A model generated the notes under the pieces. It saw only the letters and a program-made list of their open reading frames with translations. It searched no databases and had not been told where the DNA came from. Both the position numbers and the translations under genes were made by a program. 64,000 bases of DNA from Bacteroidales bacterium (GTDB lineage Bacteria; Bacteroidota; Bacteroidia; Bacteroidales; M50B96). The stretch spans positions 7,781 through 71,780 of the forward strand of contig JAIPAR010000001.1 in the NCBI GenBank assembly GCA_021739985.1, in the 5' to 3' direction. This document shows, piece after piece, positions 57,021 to 64,000 of this stretch (positions are counted from its first letter, which is position 1; every line of letters starts with the position of its first letter).

Positions 57021-60000
57021 TTATCTTCTCTGTTCGCTTACCCGGGCGACTTTTATACGGGTTTTTATATGTTCATCCAATTCGGCTTCACGTGCATCGG
57101 CATCATTCAATTCATCTTCCAGGATGATATTTTCAGCCAATGTTTGTGAACAAATATACACTTTATGTTTTTCAACCGCAGCATTAATTGAAGGATGCTT
57201 TTGAATAGTTATCACTATTTTATCAATTACTTCAAATCCGGAGTCTTTCCGCAGATTTTGAATTCTGTTCACAAATTCGCGGGCAATTCCTTCCGAAATT
57301 AAATCCTCACTTAAGGTAATATCCAGAGCAACAGTCACATTTCCCTCATTTGCCACTAGCCAGCCGGGAATATCCTCCGTTACAATTTCAACATCTTCCA
57401 AATTTAAAACATGATACTCCGAACCTATTTGAAGATTAAAATTACCGGTCGTCTCAAACTGTAGGATTTCATCCTGGGATAAATCGTTTATCGCCAACGT
57501 AACTTCCTTCATCAATTTTCCGAGGCGCTTACCCAATACCTTAAAATTTGGCTTAATCCGCTTCACAAAAATTCGTTGGGAATCCGTTAATATTTCAAGT
57601 TCTTTCACATTGACTTCACTTAAAATAATCTCCTTCACCAAATTGAGGTGTTCTTCCTGAGTTGCATCATGCGTAGGAACCATAATCTTTCCTAAAGGCT
57701 GACGTACTTTTAAATTCACTTTTCGACGCAATCCGAGAACCATGCTGGAGATTTGCTGAGCCAATTCCATGCGTTGCTCCAGAGCAGTATCAATCCAGGC
57801 TTCGTTGGCATCCGGAAAATGAACCAGATGAACAGAATCTTCGGAATAATTGCCCGATACTTTATTCAAATCCAAAAACAATTGATCCATATAAAAAGGA
57901 GCAATTGGAGAAGCTAAGACTGAAATCGTTTCCAGGCAGGTATATAAAGTTTGATAGGCTGATAGCTTATCTGCATCAAACTCGCCACCCCAAAATCTTT
58001 TACGGCTAAGACGAACATACCAGTTACTCAAATGCTCCGTAACAAAGCTTGAAATAGCCCGTCCTGCATGTGTTGGCAGATAGTCTTCGTACGATTGATT
58101 AACTTCCTTAATTAAGGAATGCAATAAGGAAAGTATCCATCGATCCAATTCAGGGCGATCTTCCAGCGGTATTTGAGCTTCCTGATTGGTGAATCCATCA
58201 ATATTAGCATATAAGGCAAAGAAAGAATAGGTATTGTAGAGTGTTCCAAAGAATTTACGGCGCACCTCATCAATGCCTTCCATATCGAATTTAAGATTAT
58301 CCCAGGGTTGTGAGTTGGTAATCATATACCAGCGCAGCGGGTCTGACCCATATTTAGCAATGGTTTCAAATGGATCAACGGCATTACCCAGGCGTTTGGA
58401 CATTTTATTGCCATTTTTATCCAGAACCAGACCATTCGAAATAATATTTTTGAATGATACAGAATCCGAAATCATGGTTGATATTGCATGGAGTGTAAAG
58501 AACCAACCGCGGGTTTGATCCACACCTTCAGCGATGAAATCTGCCGGAAAATACTCATCAAAATGAGCTTTATTTTCAAAAGGATAATGCACCTGAGCAT
58601 AAGGCATTGCGCCTGAATCGAACCAAACATCAATTAAATCGGGCTCACGGCGCATCTTCTTCCCTGTTGGAGAAACCAATACAATTTCATCCACAAAAGG
58701 ACGATGCAAATCAAAACTTGAATAGTTTTCAGTTGAATGATCCCCGGGGTTAAAGTCTTTCAAGTAATTAGTTGTCATGAAGCCGGCAGCCATCGATTTA
58801 TCAATCTCAGCTTTCAATTGCTCAACCGATTCAATGCAAATCAATTCATCATATTCTTCGGTAGCCCAGATAGGAAGTGGAGTCCCCCAATATCGGGACC
58901 GAGACAGATTCCAGTCAACCAGATTTTCAAGCCATTTTCCAAAACGACCGGTACCGGTAGAAGCCGGCTTCCAATTAATCGTCTGGTTTAACTCAATCAT
59001 CCGATCTTTTACAGCTGTTGTGCGGATAAACCAGGAATCCAATGGATAATACAACACCGGTTTATCAGTTCTCCAGCAATGCGGATAGCTGTGAACATGT
59101 TTCTCGATTCGGAAAGCCTGATTATTCAGTTTTAACATTACTGCAATATCCACATCGAGATTAGTATCATCTTCTTTCAAATCCGCATCATAGGCATTCT
59201 TCACGAATCGTCCTGCATACTCAGCATAGGAATCCCGCACATAACGGGCAGCATAAGCCGGGTCAAGATCATCCACTAAAAAGAACTTCCCAAAGCGGTC
59301 CACCATGGGTTGGTTTTTCCCGCTTTTATCAATTAACAACAAAGGAGCAATGCCATTTTGTTTCCCGGCACGATCATCATCCGCCCCAAAAGTCGGTGCA
59401 ATGTGAACAATCCCCGTTCCATCATCCGTTGTAATGAAATCTCCGGCAATCACACGGAATGCATCTCCCATCGGCTCAATCCAAGGGATTAATTGCTGAT
59501 AACGAATCCCTACCATCTCTTTCCCTTTGATAGTCTCCAGAATGGTATAAGGTATCTTTTTATCTCCGGGTGTATAATTTTCAAATGATAAATCCGAATT
59601 ATCAGGACTAAAATAATGACCCAGCAATTTACTGGCGAGAATCACTGTAATAAGTTTACCTGTATAAGGATTGAATGTTTTAACTTTCAGATATTCAATT
59701 TCTTCGCCAACAGCCAGTGCTGTATTCGAGGGTAAAGTCCAGGGAGTAGTTGTCCAGGCCAGAATGTACAGAGGAGATTCGAGCTCATTAAACAGGAAGG
59801 CTGATTTCTCATCCTGAATTACCTCAAATTGGGCCACACAGGTAGTATCTTTTACATCCCGATAACATCCGGGCTGATTCAGTTCATGGGAACTTAAACC
59901 GGTGCCGGCAGCCGGCGAATACGGCTGAATCGTATAGCCTTTATACAATAATCCTTTTTTATACAAAACGCTTAGCAAGTGCCATAAGGTTTCAATATAG

Positions 60001-60467
60001 CGATTATCATACGTGATATAAGGATTATCCATATCCACCCAGTATCCCATCTTATGCGTCAAGTCTTCCCATAAGTCAGTGTATTTCATGACATCCTTAC
60101 GGCAGGCAGCATTATATTCGGCAATGGAAATCGTTTTACCAATATCTTCTTTACTGATATTCAGGGCTTTTTCAACGCCCAATTCAACGGGGAGACCATG
60201 AGTGTCCCAGCCGGCTTTTCGTTCCACATGATAGCCTTTCAAGGTCTTGTATCTGCAAAAAATATCCTTGATACTTCGGGCCATCACATGATGAATCCCA
60301 GGAATTCCATTAGCGGATGGAGGTCCTTCATAAAAAATATAGGTTGGCTGGCCTTTTCGGGTTTCAATACTCTTCTCAAAGGTTTTTCGCTCTTCCCATT
60401 GATGAAGGATATCCATATTTACTTTCGCCAGGTCTAAACCTTGATATTCAGGAAATTTTTGCATCAT
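57021..60467 (-). CDS. ileS: isoleucine--tRNA ligase (type 2, long form)
   Basis: Start at ATG 60467/60464 (MMQKFPEYQGLDL). Class I motifs PSANGIPGIHH (HIGH-like) and KMSKRLGN (KMSKS), plus a CP1 editing region. Confidence 0.95.
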   Translation of the reverse strand: MMQKFPEYQGLDLAKVNMDILHQWEERKTFEKSIETRKGQPTYIFYEGPPSANGIPGIHHVMARSIKDIFCRYKTLKGYHVERKAGWDTHGLPVELGVEKALNISKEDIGKTISIAEYNAACRKDVMKYTDLWEDLTHKMGYWVDMDNPYITYDNRYIETLWHLLSVLYKKGLLYKGYTIQPYSPAAGTGLSSHELNQPGCYRDVKDTTCVAQFEVIQDEKSAFLFNELESPLYILAWTTTPWTLPSNTALAVGEEIEYLKVKTFNPYTGKLITVILASKLLGHYFSPDNSDLSFENYTPGDKKIPYTILETIKGKEMVGIRYQQLIPWIEPMGDAFRVIAGDFITTDDGTGIVHIAPTFGADDDRAGKQNGIAPLLLIDKSGKNQPMVDRFGKFFLVDDLDPAYAARYVRDSYAEYAGRFVKNAYDADLKEDDTNLDVDIAVMLKLNNQAFRIEKHVHSYPHCWRTDKPVLYYPLDSWFIRTTAVKDRMIELNQTINWKPASTGTGRFGKWLENLVDWNLSRSRYWGTPLPIWATEEYDELICIESVEQLKAEIDKSMAAGFMTTNYLKDFNPGDHSTENYSSFDLHRPFVDEIVLVSPTGKKMRREPDLIDVWFDSGAMPYAQVHYPFENKAHFDEYFPADFIAEGVDQTRGWFFTLHAISTMISDSVSFKNIISNGLVLDKNGNKMSKRLGNAVDPFETIAKYGSDPLRWYMITNSQPWDNLKFDMEGIDEVRRKFFGTLYNTYSFFALYANIDGFTNQEAQIPLEDRPELDRWILSLLHSLIKEVNQSYEDYLPTHAGRAISSFVTEHLSNWYVRLSRKRFWGGEFDADKLSAYQTLYTCLETISVLASPIAPFYMDQLFLDLNKVSGNYSEDSVHLVHFPDANEAWIDTALEQRMELAQQISSMVLGLRRKVNLKVRQPLGKIMVPTHDATQEEHLNLVKEIILSEVNVKELEILTDSQRIFVKRIKPNFKVLGKRLGKLMKEVTLAINDLSQDEILQFETTGNFNLQIGSEYHVLNLEDVEIVTEDIPGWLVANEGNVTVALDITLSEDLISEGIAREFVNRIQNLRKDSGFEVIDKIVITIQKHPSINAAVEKHKVYICSQTLAENIILEDELNDADAREAELDEHIKTRIKVARVSEQRR

Positions 60468-60541
60468 AAACAGCTCATTTTCAGTTATTCGAAAAATGTC
60501 ACAAATATAGACCTCTCCACAATGAAAAACAAGAAAGGAAT

Positions 60542-61669
60542 TTACAAAATGAAGAGGTCGGAAATCAATGAATCCGAGATTATCCAATGCTCCGGAGAGA
60601 TTCGAATATGCTCATTTTCGAGACTTAATTGCCCGGATGAAAGTAACCGATTAACCGTTTTCATTAATTCCTGCAACACATCACTCGAAAAATGCTCCTG
60701 CAAATAGCTTAACTCCACACCCCTGGCTGTTCGTAAGTGAGTCATCAGATACTCATTAAAGCGATCCCCGGGCGAGAGTGTTTCAGATTCATTTGGTAAG
60801 ATACCCTGCTGAATCTGTTCCATATACTGATGCAAATTTCGAACATTCCAAAATCGCTCCAACCCATTAAACGAATGAGCCGAGGGACCAAGACCCAGGT
60901 ATCGGGAGTTATTCCAATATCCGGAATTATGTTTGCTTTCGAAGCCGGGTTTACAAAAGTTTGAAATTTCATAATGCTGGTAGCCGGCATTACCCAGCAT
61001 CTCACGCAATAATCTGTAATGCTTCAAGCTCAATTCTTCATCAATCTCTTTTAATTTACCTTGACTTTTAAGGCGACCAAATTGGGTATCCGGTTCAATT
61101 CCCAGGTGATATGCCGAGATATGTTCCGGATTTAGCTGTATAAGCCTTTGCAAGGTATCCATCCAAACCTCCTCAGATAAGCCCGGAATGCCATAAATAA
61201 AATCCACACTCAAATTGGAGAAACCCGCTTGTTGTGCAAGCAAGACAGCCATTTCAGCTTGCTCAGCATTATGCCGGCGGTATAAAAAACGCAGGATAGC
61301 CGGGTCAAAGGATTGAATGCCCATACTCAGGCGGTTAAATCCAATTTGTTTTAATCCTTGAAGATAGTCCAGCGAAATATCATCCGGGTTCACTTCAATG
61401 GTTTTCTCAGCATCCGGAGATAGCCGGAAAGTCTGTCGCAAATGAGTCATCAGATTTTCAAGTTCTGACATTTGCAACACGGAAGGAGTTCCTCCACCCA
61501 GATACACGGTATGAATCTCCTCGTCGGCTAAAAATCCTGCCTGAATACTTATTTCAATATCCAGTGCTTGCAAAAAGGTCTTTTTGTGGTTTACGGTGGT
61601 TTCTTTGTAAAAATCACAGTAATGGCATTTCTGCTTACAAAAAGGAATATGTATGTATATACCAGCCAT
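60542..61669 (-). CDS. hemW: radical SAM heme chaperone HemW (HemN-like, oxygen-independent coproporphyrinogen oxidase family)
   Basis: IYIHIPFCKQKCHYCDF (CxxxCxxC), GGGTPS, and a HemN_C-like tail. Confidence 0.9.
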   Translation of the reverse strand: MAGIYIHIPFCKQKCHYCDFYKETTVNHKKTFLQALDIEISIQAGFLADEEIHTVYLGGGTPSVLQMSELENLMTHLRQTFRLSPDAEKTIEVNPDDISLDYLQGLKQIGFNRLSMGIQSFDPAILRFLYRRHNAEQAEMAVLLAQQAGFSNLSVDFIYGIPGLSEEVWMDTLQRLIQLNPEHISAYHLGIEPDTQFGRLKSQGKLKEIDEELSLKHYRLLREMLGNAGYQHYEISNFCKPGFESKHNSGYWNNSRYLGLGPSAHSFNGLERFWNVRNLHQYMEQIQQGILPNESETLSPGDRFNEYLMTHLRTARGVELSYLQEHFSSDVLQELMKTVNRLLSSGQLSLENEHIRISPEHWIISDSLISDLFIL

Positions 61670-61726
61670 CAGCTTATTTTTCCATTTTACTTTCTAATTT
61701 TGTTCCCTGCGTAAAAAACACACATC

Positions 61727-62824
61727 ATGCAAGAAGACAGAATAATCATTGGCATCACACAAGGAGATATCAATGGAATCGGGTACGAAGTTATTTTAAA
61801 AACTTTATCCGACCCACGCATACTGGAAATATGTGTACCTGTAATTTATGGTTCTGCGAAAGTAGCATCCTACTATCGAAAAATACTTAACATTGAGAAT
61901 TTCAATTTAAACATCATCCATCATATTGGGGAATTGCATCCTCGACGAGTGAACATCATCAATTGTAATGATGAAAATGCCCGGGTGGAGCTGGGTAAAT
62001 TAACTGAAGCCGGCGGGCAAGCGGCCTTAGATGCCTTACTACCGGCCACTGCCGATTTGGTAGCCAACAAAATAGATGCTTTAGTTACTGCTCCTATCAA
62101 CAAGTTTAATATCCAATCCGACAAGTTTCATTTTCCGGGACATACCGAGTATTTCGAAAGTCAGTTCGACAAAGCGAAATCCTTAATGCTCATGGTTAGC
62201 GATATTATGAAAATAGGCGTTTTAACAGGACATATTCCCATCGCGGATGTTCCATCGAAAATCACCAAAGAAGCGATTATAGAGAAGCTAAAAGCCTTAA
62301 ATTCTGCTTTAATCCGCGACTTTAATATTCGCAAGCCGCGCCTGGCCGTTTTTGGATTAAATCCTCATGCCGGAGACAATGGTTTGCTGGGCAGAGAAGA
62401 AATTGAAATCATTCAGCCTGCCATTGAGCAAGCCAAACAAGAAGGTATTCTGGCGTTTGGTCCCTTTGCAGCAGATGGATTTTTTGGTTCAGATAATCTA
62501 ACTCGTTTTGATGGCATATTGGCCATGTATCACGATCAGGGATTAACTCCATTTAAGGCATTATCTTTTGAGAATGGAGTAAATTTCACAGCAGGTCTTC
62601 CTGTAATTAGGACATCACCGGGACATGGGACTGCTTTTGATTTAGCCGGAAAGAACCTGGCAAATCCTGATTCTTTCCGTCAGGCTTTATATTTAGCTAT
62701 TGATATTTATAAAAACCGAAAGATGGACGATGAGCTGCGGGCGAAACCGCTGGCGTCGTATAAAGAGAAAGTCACCAATTACGGGAAGGATGAAGATGTG
62801 GAAAAGCTGATTCCACAACGATAA
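61727..62824 (+). CDS. pdxA: 4-hydroxythreonine-4-phosphate dehydrogenase
   Basis: GITQGDINGIGYEV, FPGHTEY, GLNPHAGDNG, YHDQGL and RTSPGHGTAFD. Confidence 0.93.
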   Translation: MQEDRIIIGITQGDINGIGYEVILKTLSDPRILEICVPVIYGSAKVASYYRKILNIENFNLNIIHHIGELHPRRVNIINCNDENARVELGKLTEAGGQAALDALLPATADLVANKIDALVTAPINKFNIQSDKFHFPGHTEYFESQFDKAKSLMLMVSDIMKIGVLTGHIPIADVPSKITKEAIIEKLKALNSALIRDFNIRKPRLAVFGLNPHAGDNGLLGREEIEIIQPAIEQAKQEGILAFGPFAADGFFGSDNLTRFDGILAMYHDQGLTPFKALSFENGVNFTAGLPVIRTSPGHGTAFDLAGKNLANPDSFRQALYLAIDIYKNRKMDDELRAKPLASYKEKVTNYGKDEDVEKLIPQR

Positions 62825-62863
62825 AAAGAAAGGCGGGTTGTTTGACCCGCCTTTCTTTTTTTT
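62825..62863. terminator. bidirectional intrinsic terminator between pdxA and the PorP/SprF-like gene
   Basis: 14-bp stem AAAGAAAGGCGGGT / ACCCGCCTTTCTTT with loop TGTTTG, followed by a T run. Confidence 0.8.
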
Positions 62864-64000
62864 ATTCTTTAGGAGCTTTATAAATATGCACCCATGCGTC
62901 GTCATAATCTTTCAGTCTGATTTGCTCCATTTTGCTCAGAGCAGGTTTCAGCTGTTCAAAATATTCCACATAAATATAATACCATGATCTGGTTTTATTA
63001 AATAAAATATATGACTGATATCCTTTTGAATTAGCAAGATTAACTCCCAGTTTAGCTCTATCAAGTTCGCGGAAAGAATATACAATGATGTAATTACCAT
63101 CTGGGATTGCTTCTTCCAGATAGTCTTGTCCACCCCCCTCGGCTGGTTTAGCAGTAATCTTCACAATTTCATCTCCATCAGCAATCATAACATTCTTGGA
63201 TGCTTCATTTAATTCATTTCGCAATTTATCAATCTCAGCAATATTTTCTTTGGTTATAGGAACATGAGCTGTAACAGCTGTTGCTTTTTCAGCAGCTTTC
63301 CCTTCCTCAATCGCTTTTTGATTTAATTCAGTACGTAATGACTCTATCTCTTCCCTCAATTTCTTTTGCATATCATCAAACTGCTCTTGAGAAACACCAG
63401 GATTCTGATTTACCATTTGTATCGTTTGAGGCTGATTTTTTAAACTATCAATTTCTTGCTGTTGTTGCTTAAGTTTAACATCTTGTTCTTTTTGACCATC
63501 AAATAAATCCTGAAACTCTTGTTTTAAATCCAGTGAATTCATTTTTTCAGATTTAAACTGATATGTGAGCATAACTTCATGCGAGCTACTTGAATAAGAT
63601 GTCAAATCGCTTGTGGGGATTTCATACGAGTAGGAAATGCCTAGATTAAGCACGTTAAAACCAGCAGCAACAGCATAAGTCATATTTGTTGGGCGAATGG
63701 TAAAGCCTAGCCAGTATCCTTTATGTGATCCCACTTTAAGATTTACATCCAGCTGCTGCCATTCACTGGGTAAATAATGATACAATATCGAAGGTTGGAT
63801 ATAAAAGCCACTTGCTTCTATATCCTGTCCATCTTCAGTTTTTGATGCTTTGAGGTTAAACTGATAAGCAACATATCCCAGGTAATGACGCTTCATTTTA
63901 TACTGGTAATCATTTGTCCCATCCCGAAATAACTCTACATCATTATCAATAAGTGTTGGAATAGATACTCCTAATTGCAGTCCTTTCCAATGATAATCCA
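62862..64000 (-). CDS. PorP/SprF-family T9SS outer-membrane protein fused to a coiled-coil linker and C-terminal SPOR-like domain (partial, 5' end outside window)
   Basis: The reading frame stays open upstream of the ATG at 63896 to the window edge (…DYHWKGLQLGVSIPTLIDNDVELFRDGTNDYQYKMKRHYLGY…). The barrel ends with SSSHEVMLTYQF, a PorP/SprF-type C-terminal strand. A Q/E/K-rich region follows, then GNYIIVYSFRELDRAKLGVNLANSKGYQSYILFNKTRSWYYIYVEYF...DDAWVHIYK (SPOR-like). Confidence 0.7.
   Translation of the reverse strand, partial: DYHWKGLQLGVSIPTLIDNDVELFRDGTNDYQYKMKRHYLGYVAYQFNLKASKTEDGQDIEASGFYIQPSILYHYLPSEWQQLDVNLKVGSHKGYWLGFTIRPTNMTYAVAAGFNVLNLGISYSYEIPTSDLTSYSSSSHEVMLTYQFKSEKMNSLDLKQEFQDLFDGQKEQDVKLKQQQQEIDSLKNQPQTIQMVNQNPGVSQEQFDDMQKKLREEIESLRTELNQKAIEEGKAAEKATAVTAHVPITKENIAEIDKLRNELNEASKNVMIADGDEIVKITAKPAEGGGQDYLEEAIPDGNYIIVYSFRELDRAKLGVNLANSKGYQSYILFNKTRSWYYIYVEYFEQLKPALSKMEQIRLKDYDDAWVHIYKAPKE

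Noticed and set aside
60468-60587. N-terminal 40-codon extension of the ileS ORF, overlapping the 3' end of hemW
   Set aside because: The extension (MDNLGFIDFRPLHFVNSFLVFHCGEVYICDIF...) has no IleRS similarity. IleRS proteins start close to the MQKFPEY... region, and the ATG pair at 60467/60464 removes the overlap.

Overview
Compact, AT-rich chromosomal segment (GC judged by eye, not computed) that looks like a Bacteroidota genome. The evidence is T9SS machinery plus six T9SS C-terminal sorting domains, SprE/PorW, an S46 peptidase, a fused E1 alpha/beta dehydrogenase and TAnnTTTG-like promoter boxes. I call about 53 protein genes, one tRNA-Leu(TAG), several intrinsic terminators and two small repeat features. 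I saw no rRNA, CRISPR array, transposase, integrase or phage genes, so most of the window is core genome. Main blocks, in order: (1) a fused 2-oxoacid dehydrogenase E1; (2) a tightly packed five-gene envelope operon around a VTC (polyphosphate-polymerase-like) domain protein and a DUF4956 membrane protein, followed by a secreted ENPP phosphodiesterase; (3) ApbE; (4) SprE/PorW; (5) a six-gene caa3-type (A2, YS-motif) cytochrome c oxidase operon: sco-ctaD-ctaE-subunit IV-ctaC(cyt c fusion)-cyoE; (6) an MMPL/RND exporter, a GlsB/OlsB-like N-acyltransferase and a polyprenyl synthase; (7) an e(P4) acid phosphatase; (8) an ECF sigma/anti-sigma pair; (9) S8 and S46 peptidases and proline dehydrogenase; (10) a lamin-tail protein, a TonB-dependent receptor and a T9SS-secreted endonuclease I; (11) PepA, a DEAD-box helicase and a T9SS CotH kinase-like protein; (12) tig, tRNA-Leu and efp; (13) purS-pssA-deaminase-lspA-dksA-like-ileS-hemW; (14) pdxA; (15) a PorP/SprF protein with a coiled-coil and SPOR-like tail that runs off the window. 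The best candidates for undescribed biology are the VTC/DUF4956 envelope operon (3476-6741, possibly with ENPP), the SusD-less TBDR/endonuclease I/lamin-tail locus (37454-43568), a 683-bp ORF-free gap with three copies of a conserved-loop hairpin (50166-50848), the PorP/SprF-SPOR fusion, and a convergent gene pair sharing an unassigned domain (30136-32729). All family calls come from motif recognition in the supplied translations. No database search was run.
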